A stretch of DNA of 49,900 nucleotides from Muribaculaceae bacterium (GTDB lineage Bacteria > Bacteroidota > Bacteroidia > Bacteroidales > Muribaculaceae). A program made the position numbers and the translations under genes. The stretch spans positions 1 through 49,900 of the forward strand of contig JAEEVE010000001.1 of the NCBI GenBank assembly GCA_016290765.1, read 5' to 3'. Positions 8,644-17,626 of the stretch are shown here, one piece after another (position 1 is the first letter of the stretch; the number at the start of each line of letters is the position of its first letter). The notes under the pieces were generated by a model that was not told the DNA's origin, searched no databases, and worked only from the letters and a program-made list of their open reading frames with translations.

Positions 8644-10371
8644 TTGCAACGCTCGTTATTAGTAACAATCACCATATGGTGGGCATGTTTTATTTGGGCT
8701 GTTCCACTCAGCCTGGGTGGACGCACAGCATATTTTGACAGTGGCACCAACACTTGGCTGTGCTGTGTTCCGCCCCAGCAGTTTGACAATGACCTGACAG
8801 TGCGTCTCGCGATCGACACCACATTGCACTGGAGCGACATTGCAGTTAATGGCATACCGTTGCCTGTCGACTCACTCGTCACATTTACCGACATTGCTGG
8901 CGACAAGGCCTATCCCTTAACCGCGGTTGATACCATTACGGGCGATACTCTGCACCACACTATCTGTTTTACCTATCTCCCTATTCTTCACCTGCAGGGC
9001 GAATTCAACGATGACTATCAAGTGACCTACGTGGGGGTATCGCTGCCTGAGGCCGATACTGCCAGCACCATGTTTGCGAGGGTGAAACATCGCGGGGCAA
9101 CCACCAACCTGCCTGGCAGACACAAACGTAATTACCACATCAAGTTTCTCGACGCCGACTCGCAGAAGATGGACCGCAAGTTCTTTGGGCTACGCAACGA
9201 CAACAGTTGGCTTCTCGACGCTGGGCAGATTGACATGCTACGCATACGCAACCGTGTGTGCACCGAACTGTGGCTAGATATGTGCCGAAAACCATACTAT
9301 GCTGACGAGGAGCCCAAGGCCTTGTTGGGTGTACGGGGTGACATGGTCGAAGTCTTTCTCAACGACCGCTACAACGGCATTTACGCCCTTACAGAGGCAA
9401 TGGACCGCAAACAGATGAAATTGGTAAAGAGCGAGACCGATTCGACGGGAAAGACCACCATCCATGGCATGTTGTGGAAAACTAAGGTAGCCGACGGCAT
9501 CACTCGCATGACCCGATGGTATGGCTACAACAACGACAATGACACTTGGGGCGGTCTTGAGGTGAAGTATCCTGACCCCGACGACGTCATGCCAACCGAC
9601 TACAAGACAATTTCTAATGCATTTAAATTTGTCTGCAACAGCTCGCATGCCTCCTTTGTCGAACATGTGGGTGAATACTTTGACCTTCCAGTGGTGATGG
9701 ACTATTGGATCATGATTAACACTCTGCTTGCTGTCGACAACGGCGCAAAAAACATTTACTGGGCTGTATATGATCAGACTATTGACAAGAAGCTTACGCT
9801 GGCGGCATGGGATCTGGACTGCACTGTGGGCCAGAACTGGATCAATGTTCCACCTCACAATGAGGAGGTTGTTGGACCTACTCGACAATTGAGCGGTTTC
9901 AACAACTTGTTATTACGCCTGCACGAACACAACCCCGACAGCTTTTGCATCAAAGCTGTCGAGCGCTACCGTCTGCTTCGCAACGACCTACTCAGTGCCG
10001 ACAGCATCTATCACCGATTTGAGAACCGTGTCAACTGGCTCAAACGATGCGGAGCCGTGGCGCGCGAGACGGCAAGGTGGACTTGCGACAGCGACCTGTC
10101 GGGAAACCCGCTGGACTTTGACAATGAGTTGGCCTATATTCGCCAATGGCTTGACAGTCGTCTAGACTATCTCGATAAGGGACGTTTTGCGCCCTACGTC
10201 CGTGGCGACATGAACCGCGACGGTGTTGTTGATATTGTTGATGTCAACCACACCATCAACCGTATGCTCAATGCTACCGATTATCCTATGTGGTATGAGG
10301 ATCTTGTTCGCGACTATGTCACCGACATAGCCGACCTTAATGCAGTCATCAACCTCATGCTCGGAAAATAA
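8644..10371 (+). CDS. CotH kinase family secreted protein 3 with C-terminal dockerin
   Basis: TTG start and signal peptide; same CotH motifs; GDMNRDGVVDIVDVN and EDLVRDYVTDIADLN. Confidence 0.88.
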   Translation: MQRSLLVTITIWWACFIWAVPLSLGGRTAYFDSGTNTWLCCVPPQQFDNDLTVRLAIDTTLHWSDIAVNGIPLPVDSLVTFTDIAGDKAYPLTAVDTITGDTLHHTICFTYLPILHLQGEFNDDYQVTYVGVSLPEADTASTMFARVKHRGATTNLPGRHKRNYHIKFLDADSQKMDRKFFGLRNDNSWLLDAGQIDMLRIRNRVCTELWLDMCRKPYYADEEPKALLGVRGDMVEVFLNDRYNGIYALTEAMDRKQMKLVKSETDSTGKTTIHGMLWKTKVADGITRMTRWYGYNNDNDTWGGLEVKYPDPDDVMPTDYKTISNAFKFVCNSSHASFVEHVGEYFDLPVVMDYWIMINTLLAVDNGAKNIYWAVYDQTIDKKLTLAAWDLDCTVGQNWINVPPHNEEVVGPTRQLSGFNNLLLRLHEHNPDSFCIKAVERYRLLRNDLLSADSIYHRFENRVNWLKRCGAVARETARWTCDSDLSGNPLDFDNELAYIRQWLDSRLDYLDKGRFAPYVRGDMNRDGVVDIVDVNHTINRMLNATDYPMWYEDLVRDYVTDIADLNAVINLMLGK

Positions 10372-10398
10372 AGAACCTAAGAAAAACCTATATAAGTA

Positions 10399-11517
10399 AT
10401 GAAAATCAACGTCTTTCATGTTGTGTCAAACAAGAACTGGGGCGGTCCCGAGGAATATGCCTACGAGATGGTCTCACGTTTGCGTCACGACCCACGATTC
10501 TATGCCGAAGTCGTGTGCAAGAAAAATGAGCCCGTGCTATTCCACTTTCGGCGCCTGGAGATCCCCATCTCCATCCTGCCGCTGAAAGGCATGACCGACA
10601 TCGACAGCCCCACACGCCTTGCACGCCTTTTGCGCAAGGGGCATAACATCGTGCATGTGCACACGTTCAAGGATGCTTTTGCCGCTGTGATGGCGCGTCG
10701 CATCAGCGAGAATCGCAACACACGGGTCATCATGACAGTACATGGCATCTGCCGCCCCAAAACCAACTATCTCTACCGCAAACTTTACCGCTCAATCGAC
10801 AAGATGGTGTTTGTTTCGCAGCGCGCCTATGACGAATGGATGAGCCATGCCAAGAAGTACGCGCCTACTCGCGCCTGCATCATACGCGACAGCGTCATCG
10901 ACAATCCACTGGCTACGCCAGCACCCGACTTGCGACAGAAGCTGGGCATCGCCCCCGAAAAGTCATTGATTATGTTCCATGGCCGAATCACGCCTGAGAA
11001 GGGTATTGACACCCTTCTGCAAGCAACTACACGACTTGACAAGAGCAAGTTCCACTTGGCTATCATCGGCGAGGGGAAACGAAAATACATGACCCAGCTC
11101 AAGAGTTACATCGTCGAGCACCAGTTGGTTCAAAATGTCTCGCTCGTGGGTTTTCAAGAAGACATGGCGCACCTGATCCAGCAGTGTGACCTAGGCGTGT
11201 TGCCGTCGGTCGAACCCGAGGCTTTGGGCATTGCCAACCTAGAGTACATGATGCAGGGCAAACCTCACATCACCACCAATAACGGCGCTCAAGTTGAGTA
11301 TGTCGCCGACCAGGTCAACGCCTTGCTCGTTCCACCAGCAGATGTCGATGCACTCGCCGATGCCATGGAACGCCTGCTCGACGATACCGCACTGCGCCAG
11401 CAAATGGGACGTCAGGCACAACTAGACTTTGATCAAACGCTCAACTATGACATCTTCTATGACAAGATGACTGCTCTCTATCACGAATTACTAACCCCCC
11501 AAAAAACAGCAAAATGA
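10399..11517 (+). CDS. Glycosyltransferase family 4 (GT-B)
   Basis: WGGPEEY, HVH, GRITPEKG, EALGIANLEYMMQGKP. Confidence 0.9.
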   Translation: MKINVFHVVSNKNWGGPEEYAYEMVSRLRHDPRFYAEVVCKKNEPVLFHFRRLEIPISILPLKGMTDIDSPTRLARLLRKGHNIVHVHTFKDAFAAVMARRISENRNTRVIMTVHGICRPKTNYLYRKLYRSIDKMVFVSQRAYDEWMSHAKKYAPTRACIIRDSVIDNPLATPAPDLRQKLGIAPEKSLIMFHGRITPEKGIDTLLQATTRLDKSKFHLAIIGEGKRKYMTQLKSYIVEHQLVQNVSLVGFQEDMAHLIQQCDLGVLPSVEPEALGIANLEYMMQGKPHITTNNGAQVEYVADQVNALLVPPADVDALADAMERLLDDTALRQQMGRQAQLDFDQTLNYDIFYDKMTALYHELLTPQKTAK

Positions 11518-12062
11518 GACTTTCCTCCATTCTAAAGGTTGCTGCATGCTGCATTGCAATGGCCAGTTGTAAGGGATTAGGCCATAACAATGTCCAACAG
11601 CCCGTATCGGCCCAAGACACCAACGACAAGCACACAGTAGAGTATATCACCCAACGCTTGAATGACATCTATTCTGAAGCGTTCCGCGAGAAAGACCACG
11701 ACTTGATTGCCCTCGATCATCGGTTCATGTCGCAGGAATATAACCGCCTTCAGGATCAGGCCGTCGCCATTGCCGAACGCATTGATGACCACGTTATCGA
11801 TGCCGACCACTGGGTGCTGGGACAGGATTGGACTTACCCTACCATGACCGTAGCCAAGATTGAAGGCATCACACCGACCCACGCCACAGCTCATGTCGCC
11901 ATTACCAGCCACATACCTGGCAATGATGAGAGTACCACTCAACTGATCCTTCCCCTTGTGTTTGAGCGCAATGATTGGTACATCGACAACATGCAGCAGT
12001 ACTATGAGGGCGAGCTTCTCGACGAGAAGGCCTGGTATCAAGAGTACATCTCCACCCACTGA
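11514..12062 (+). CDS. Lipoprotein, DUF3828/YbjP-like
   Basis: Lipobox MAS-C; D-DHW--GQD and LVFERNDWYIDN. Confidence 0.6.
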   Translation: MRLSSILKVAACCIAMASCKGLGHNNVQQPVSAQDTNDKHTVEYITQRLNDIYSEAFREKDHDLIALDHRFMSQEYNRLQDQAVAIAERIDDHVIDADHWVLGQDWTYPTMTVAKIEGITPTHATAHVAITSHIPGNDESTTQLILPLVFERNDWYIDNMQQYYEGELLDEKAWYQEYISTH

Positions 12063-12094
12063 GGGAAAGTGAGCATACATATTTAAAAAATGTG

Positions 12095-12102
12095 TATCTT
12101 TG
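12095..12102 (+). promoter_or_regulatory. Bacteroidetes -7 promoter element
   Basis: TATCTTTG ending 24 nt upstream of ATG 12127. Confidence 0.6.
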
Positions 12103-12126
12103 CAGCCAGTTTTGACAGTGACACCA

Positions 12127-13131
12127 ATGAAGAATATCATTTCTAACCTTATCAAGTATGGCATTCCCATACTCATCAGTGTGGGACTAGCATGGTTCCT
12201 ATATAATAATGTGGACATTGAAGCCATCAAGACCAGTTTGCGGCAGGACGTGAACTACTGGTGGTTTGTGCCCGTGATTGTGGTGAGCATCTTCAGCCAC
12301 ATTTTCCGTGCGTTGCGTTGGCGTCTGCAGTTGCGTGCCATCAACATCGACGCACCGCTGTGGGTGCTTGTTAACAGCATCTTTGGCACTTATTTTGTCA
12401 ATCTGATATTCCCCCGCTTGGGTGAAGTGTGGCGCACGGGATATGTAGCCCAACGACAGAAGGCACCATTTGCCACTGTATTGGGCTCGATGGTGGGTGA
12501 CCGCTTGAGCGACACAGTCACTGTAGGCTTATTGACCCTCGTCACCTTTTTCTTGGCCCAAGACGCGTTCTTAAAGTTCTTTGACGCCCGTGGCGATGGC
12601 GGCTCGTCGGCCGCTTCATGGACGATGTGGGCATTGGTTGCGATATGCGTTTTGGGGCTAGTTGCCATGATTTGGCTTTATCGCAGCACGTCGCAGAACA
12701 AGGTTATCGCTCGGTTGCGTGGCATCCTTCACGACCTGTGGGACGGCTTTGCCGCCATCGCCCACATGGACGGGAAGTGGATGTTCCTGCTCTACACCCT
12801 GCTCATCTGGGGTTGCTATTTCATGCAGCTCTATATCGCCAGCAAGGCATTTACCTTTACGGACGACCTGGGCGTACTGCCGGTGCTGGTGCTCTTTGTG
12901 CTGAGCAGCCTGGGCATGGCTGTACCCAGCAATGGCGGTCTCGGCCCGTGGCAGTTTGCCATCATCTTTGGCTTGTCGCTTTATGGCGTGGGTGCGTTCC
13001 CGCCCAGCACCCCCTATGATGCGCAAGCATCGGCCTTTGCCTGGCTCGTGTGGGGCGTTCAGCAGTTGCTCATCATTGTGCTGGGCATCTACGCCTTTGT
13101 GAGCATCGCTTTAGATAAGAAGAAGGAATAG
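12127..13131 (+). CDS. Lysylphosphatidylglycerol synthase TM / UPF0104 flippase-like membrane protein
   Basis: RALRW, NLIFPRLGEVWR, DRLSD, VPSNGGLGPWQ; multiple TM segments. Confidence 0.87.
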   Translation: MKNIISNLIKYGIPILISVGLAWFLYNNVDIEAIKTSLRQDVNYWWFVPVIVVSIFSHIFRALRWRLQLRAINIDAPLWVLVNSIFGTYFVNLIFPRLGEVWRTGYVAQRQKAPFATVLGSMVGDRLSDTVTVGLLTLVTFFLAQDAFLKFFDARGDGGSSAASWTMWALVAICVLGLVAMIWLYRSTSQNKVIARLRGILHDLWDGFAAIAHMDGKWMFLLYTLLIWGCYFMQLYIASKAFTFTDDLGVLPVLVLFVLSSLGMAVPSNGGLGPWQFAIIFGLSLYGVGAFPPSTPYDAQASAFAWLVWGVQQLLIIVLGIYAFVSIALDKKKE

Positions 13132-13272
13132 GCCCGTTTGCCGAGTCTTGACTCCCACTTGCTGAAAATAGCACAACAATCAGCGCAACAATTCGTTAGA
13201 ATGTATAAGGTTGCGCAACATGCTGGCAAACTATTTTGCTTGCAGATCACGCTAGACACTCAAATAATAAAG

Positions 13273-14043
13273 ATGAAAACTTTCAAGACCATAGCATTGC
13301 TCGTGCTGCTGGCCTTGCCCATGATGGTGAGTGCTGGTAACAATGATGCGGGACTGATTGTTGGCGCCGAGGCCGAGAAAAAGCTTAACAAGAAGCTTTC
13401 GCTCGCCATCGAGGCTGAGTTTCGTTCGCGCAATGACTTCCGCACTGCCGACCGCATCAGCCTGGGGCTAGGTGGCTCCTACAAAATCACCAAGTGGCTC
13501 AAAGCCGAACTGGGCTATCAACTGCTCATCGACAACAACCACGAGAAGATTTCCTATAACGCGCCCACGATAGATGAAGACGGCAACAAGGTGGTGAACT
13601 ATAACAACTGGCGCCCTTCCTACTGGGGCACACGCCATCGCTTTTATGTCCTATTGACAGGTTCTTACAAGTTAAACCGTGTGGAGTTTTCGCTTCGCGA
13701 GGGATGGCGTTACACCTATCGCCCTGAACATACTGCCAAACGCTATGACTTCGATAACGCGATGTGGGAAGACAAGGTCATCAACACCAAGCATTATCAC
13801 ATACTGCGAAGCCGTTTCAAGGTCGAGTGGGACATCCCTAAGTGGAAATTAGACCCCTGGGCCAGCATTGAGCTATTCAACAATCTCTCGCTCGACAAAA
13901 TACGTTATGCCGCCGGCATCGACTACACCATCAAGAAAAAACACGCCTTCAGCCTTTTCTACCGCTACCAACAGGTCTATGACAAAGACGAAGAAGAAGG
14001 CGACATTCACGACATTGGCTTGAGCTACAAGTTTAAGTTCTAG
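13273..14043 (+). CDS. Outer-membrane beta-barrel, DUF2490-like
   Basis: Signal peptide from ATG 13273; alternating beta strands, EFRSRND, terminal GLSYKFKF. Confidence 0.75.
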   Translation: MKTFKTIALLVLLALPMMVSAGNNDAGLIVGAEAEKKLNKKLSLAIEAEFRSRNDFRTADRISLGLGGSYKITKWLKAELGYQLLIDNNHEKISYNAPTIDEDGNKVVNYNNWRPSYWGTRHRFYVLLTGSYKLNRVEFSLREGWRYTYRPEHTAKRYDFDNAMWEDKVINTKHYHILRSRFKVEWDIPKWKLDPWASIELFNNLSLDKIRYAAGIDYTIKKKHAFSLFYRYQQVYDKDEEEGDIHDIGLSYKFKF

Positions 14044-14059
14044 TGAAATAAGGCACAAG

Positions 14060-15313
14060 ATGAAAGCAATGAAAAAATATTTGACAATATTGCTGGTGGC
14101 GGTAATGGCCACGTCGTGTGTCAACGATGACACCGATTTCAGCGACCTGATTAATGGAGGTGGTAACGACACCATCCCCGAGGAGGTCATCACACCCATC
14201 GACATTGAATTGGACTATAGTGTCCTCAATGAGCCCGATGACGTGGTACCCACCGATGAGGCCGACCCATCCTATAACGACTATGAGGAGAACACCAATT
14301 GGTCCTACACAATCAACATTGACTATGACGGCGAGACAGCGACCTTGAGCGGCAACACTTCACGCGTTCGTTCGACAGTAACTGGCGGCCATGTGGTTTT
14401 ACGTTCGACCAGCGCCCGCATCAACTATGTGGTTACCGGAACGAGCGACAACGGTTCACTGAAGATTTACAGCGAAAACAAGTTCAAGCTTACGCTAGCC
14501 GGTGTATCGCTGACCAACCCCACGGGCGCGGCAATAAACAACCAGGGTGGCAAGTCGCTGTATCTGGTGCTTGCCGACGGCACTGAAAATACACTTACCG
14601 ATGGCGTAAACTATACCGATATAGACGGCGAGGACCAAAAAGGCGCCCTGTTCAGCGAAGGCCAGGTGCTGGTCAGTGGCAAGGGGTCGCTCACCATCGA
14701 CGGCCATGGCCGCCACGGCATGGTCAGTGACGATTACTTCCGGTTCCGTCCTGGCTGCAAGGTGCATATCAAGTGTGCCAATGGCCACGGCATCAAGGCC
14801 AATGACGGCATCACCATCGATGGTGGCGTGTTCAACATTGAGGTCAGTGGCGATGGTTACAAGGGTTTCCGTTGCGACTCGACAATGACCGTTAACGGCG
14901 GTCGCACGACCATTATCGCCACGGGCGGTGTGTCGGTCACAGCAGCGACCGACATTGCTCCCGCCGACACCTCAAGCTGCGCCGGCATCAAGTGCGACTA
15001 TGCCCTCACCATCAATGGTGGCAATGTCTTCGTCAAGGCAACTGGCGAGGGCGGCAAGGGTCTCAACAACACAGGCGATATCATCGTCACTGGTGGTGCA
15101 TTACAAGTAGTGACCACTGGTACCAAGGGACTGGCCTCGCCCAAAGGCATCAAGGGTGATGGTATGCTCACTGTCACAGGTGGATATGTCTATAGCTACA
15201 GTGCCAATGGTTCTCCCATTGACCCCAATGGTGGCATCGTCGTAGCCGACGGCTATACCCTATGGGAAAATAAGGCCAGACGAGTTATCATATCGTTTTT
15301 GACGATTGATTGA
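14060..15313 (+). CDS. Lipoprotein with Cthe_2159/DUF4353 beta-helix carbohydrate-binding domain
   Basis: Lipobox ATS-C; GTSDNGSLKIYS, LTLAGVSLTNPTGAAIN, ENTLTDG, HGIKAND, I-GG repeats. Confidence 0.85.
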   Translation: MKAMKKYLTILLVAVMATSCVNDDTDFSDLINGGGNDTIPEEVITPIDIELDYSVLNEPDDVVPTDEADPSYNDYEENTNWSYTINIDYDGETATLSGNTSRVRSTVTGGHVVLRSTSARINYVVTGTSDNGSLKIYSENKFKLTLAGVSLTNPTGAAINNQGGKSLYLVLADGTENTLTDGVNYTDIDGEDQKGALFSEGQVLVSGKGSLTIDGHGRHGMVSDDYFRFRPGCKVHIKCANGHGIKANDGITIDGGVFNIEVSGDGYKGFRCDSTMTVNGGRTTIIATGGVSVTAATDIAPADTSSCAGIKCDYALTINGGNVFVKATGEGGKGLNNTGDIIVTGGALQVVTTGTKGLASPKGIKGDGMLTVTGGYVYSYSANGSPIDPNGGIVVADGYTLWENKARRVIISFLTID

Positions 15314-15339
15314 AAAAAATCAAATATATACTGATTATG

Positions 15340-15371
15340 TTTGTTAATCCGAACAAAAATAACTAATTTTG
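15340..15371 (+). promoter_or_regulatory. Promoter for the sensor kinase/LytTR operon, embedded in a perfect inverted repeat
   Basis: TTTG 15340-15343, 20 nt spacer, TAATTTTG 15364-15371. Confidence 0.6.
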
Positions 15372-15381
15372 TTCGGATTAA
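15344..15381. repeat. Perfect 15-bp inverted repeat with 8-nt spacer
   Basis: TTAATCCGAACAAAA (15344-15358) / TTTTGTTCGGATTAA (15367-15381). Confidence 0.9.
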
Positions 15382-15396
15382 TAGCATACATCCCTC

Positions 15397-16482
15397 ATGA
15401 GGTTGTTTCGTTACACATCGCGACAAGAAGCTTGTGCCGACCTATTATTGTGGTCGGTGATGTTCATCGTGCCCTTGGTGGGTATGGTGGTACTGTCTTC
15501 GGTCGATAACAACTATTCATTCCGCTGGGCTGACTTGAAGCACATCTGGTTCCCACTAGTAGTCATCTTGTTGGCCTTTATAGTACATGATATTTTCATA
15601 GCCCCGCGACTCATTTATGAGCATAACCGTACGCGCTATGTAGTGCTAGTGGGTTGTCTGATGATAGCATTCGTGTGCTTCCAGTGCGCAAGTGGTCCAC
15701 CAGGACGACCGTTTGGCGAGAAGATGAAGGCTTCACCACAACAAACTGTCGAAAAAGAGAAAAAACCACCATTCCACCCTATGGCTGGTCCTCACGACTT
15801 CACGATGTTTTCGTTGCTAGTGTTCGCCTTGGGGGCAAACCTGGGTCTTAAACTTTATTTCAAGACCCAAGAGGAGCAGAAGCAGCGGGCAGACTTGGAG
15901 AATGAGAACCTGCGGCAGGAACTCAACTACCTTCGCTATCAGGTGAATCCGCACTTCCTGATGAATACGCTCAATAACATCCATGCACTGTGTGACATCG
16001 AACCCGATACAGCCAAGAGGAGTATTGTGCAATTGTCGCGATTTATGCGCTATCTGCTCTATGAGAGCCACAATGAGCAAATTTCGCTGCAACATGCCAT
16101 CGACTTGATGAATCAACACATCAGTCTGATGAGCATCCGCTATACCGATAATGTCGACATCCGCGTCGATGTGCCGCAAGAAGTGCCTAACGTAAGCTTG
16201 GCGCCACTGGTCTTCGTGCCGTTTATCGAAAACGCCTTCAAGCATGGAGTAAGCTATGACAAGCCATCGTTTATCCACATCACGCTCACGGCCGACAACG
16301 ACAACATCGAATTCGGCTGCTGCAACAGCAAGAACAAGGTCAAGCATGAGACGGGTGGGGTGGGGCTCTCGAATGTGACCAAGCGCCTGGATCTGATCTA
16401 TGGCGAGCGATATACACTCAACATCGACGATGGTGAAGACTGCTATCGTGTCAAGCTCGTCATCCCAGCCTATAAGAATTAA
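15397..16482 (+). CDS. LytS-type sensor histidine kinase
   Basis: Four TM segments; LRYQVNPHFLMNTLNNI, ENAFKHG, GGVGLSNV. Confidence 0.92.
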   Translation: MRLFRYTSRQEACADLLLWSVMFIVPLVGMVVLSSVDNNYSFRWADLKHIWFPLVVILLAFIVHDIFIAPRLIYEHNRTRYVVLVGCLMIAFVCFQCASGPPGRPFGEKMKASPQQTVEKEKKPPFHPMAGPHDFTMFSLLVFALGANLGLKLYFKTQEEQKQRADLENENLRQELNYLRYQVNPHFLMNTLNNIHALCDIEPDTAKRSIVQLSRFMRYLLYESHNEQISLQHAIDLMNQHISLMSIRYTDNVDIRVDVPQEVPNVSLAPLVFVPFIENAFKHGVSYDKPSFIHITLTADNDNIEFGCCNSKNKVKHETGGVGLSNVTKRLDLIYGERYTLNIDDGEDCYRVKLVIPAYKN

Positions 16483-16533
16483 GAACGTGTTCCTCAAATA
16501 ACTGACCACTCTAACATTTTAACAAATAAAGAA

Positions 16534-17256
16534 ATGATTCGCTGCATTGTAATAGACGATGAGCCATTGGCTCTGAAGCAATTGACCAAGTATGCTTCAC
16601 AAATGCCTGAGCTCGAACTTGTTGCCTCATGTCGCAGTGCTAAAGAGGCACAAGAGGTGCTTAATCGCGAGAAGATTGATGCCATGTTCACCGACATCAA
16701 CATGCCCGACCTTAATGGTCTGGAATTTGTGCAGTCGCTCGACAATCCGCCCATGGTGGTGTTTACCACTGCCTATAGCCAGTATGCCGTCGACGGCTTC
16801 CGGCTCAACGCGCTTGACTATCTTCTCAAACCCTTCGGCATTGACGAGTTCCGTCGAGCCACCAAGCGCCTGGTGGAGAAATCTGAACAGCTTAATGCCG
16901 CAGCCGTATCGATGGTCGATGAGGATGACTGTATCTTCCTGAAGACCGAGTACAAGATTGTGCGTATCTCCATCTCCGACATCCTCTATGTCGAGGCGAT
17001 GAGTGAATACCTGCGCATACACTTCAGCAACGGCGCTCGTCCGGTAACTGCCCTATTGAGTATGAAGAAAATGGAGGAGCGGTTGCCCAGCAACAATTTC
17101 ATGCGCACCCATCGCTCCTATATTGTCAACCTAAAGCGCATCATCGAGGTGAACAAGAGCCACATCGTCATGGCACCGCAGGTGGCACTGCCCATTGGTG
17201 ACCTCTATAAGGACACCTTCATGGCATACCTCAACAGCAAGTTCCTGACCAAGTGA
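16534..17256 (+). CDS. LytTR family response regulator
   Basis: Receiver DDE, DINMP, FTTAY, YLLKP; LytTR FMRTHRSYIVN. Confidence 0.94.
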   Translation: MIRCIVIDDEPLALKQLTKYASQMPELELVASCRSAKEAQEVLNREKIDAMFTDINMPDLNGLEFVQSLDNPPMVVFTTAYSQYAVDGFRLNALDYLLKPFGIDEFRRATKRLVEKSEQLNAAAVSMVDEDDCIFLKTEYKIVRISISDILYVEAMSEYLRIHFSNGARPVTALLSMKKMEERLPSNNFMRTHRSYIVNLKRIIEVNKSHIVMAPQVALPIGDLYKDTFMAYLNSKFLTK

Positions 17257-17392
17257 GCAGCCAGTTCTGGCGCAGATTGTAAGAGTGGTTCCAACATCCA
17301 CAAGTAACACATAATCAATAGATTGATAATCACGTTTCTCATAAACACTCTTAACGACATCAGTTACAAATTTTCTCATAGCTTTTTATTTT

Positions 17393-17419
17393 GGCATCCC
17401 CGTTTGGGGGTGCCTTTTT
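17393..17419 (+). terminator. Rho-independent terminator
   Basis: GGCATCCCC-GTTT-GGGGGTGCC followed by TTTTT. Confidence 0.8.
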
Positions 17420-17573
17420 GCATCTAGACTCTCCGTGAATTTACGGACGCAAACAGACGAGAACCGATTTACTTCCTGTTGGATATGAGCACCTTCAGAG
17501 GGTTGTTAATAACTTTTTTGCTAAAAATTTACAAAAACAAATTTAGGAATCCAAATTATTGCCAAAAAGTTTG

Positions 17574-17581
17574 TAACTTTA
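17574..17581 (+). promoter_or_regulatory. Possible -7 element for the dcw operon
   Basis: TAACTTTA (one mismatch) in an AT-rich region 45 nt before rsmH. Confidence 0.45.
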
Positions 17582-17626
17582 CACCCTCAAAAATTATGAA
17601 CCTAGCCCAACTCCGTTTTTCTGCTC

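Noticed and set aside
6859-10371. CotH paralog similarity as a DGR template/variable pair or recent duplication
   Set aside because: Differences are mostly synonymous third-position changes of all base types, consistent with an old duplication.
13138-13272. N-terminal extensions in the ORF track (also 3628, 12100, 21117, 35886, 38866, 45828)
   Set aside because: They overlap promoter or repeat DNA; downstream ATGs give proper signal peptides or family N-termini.
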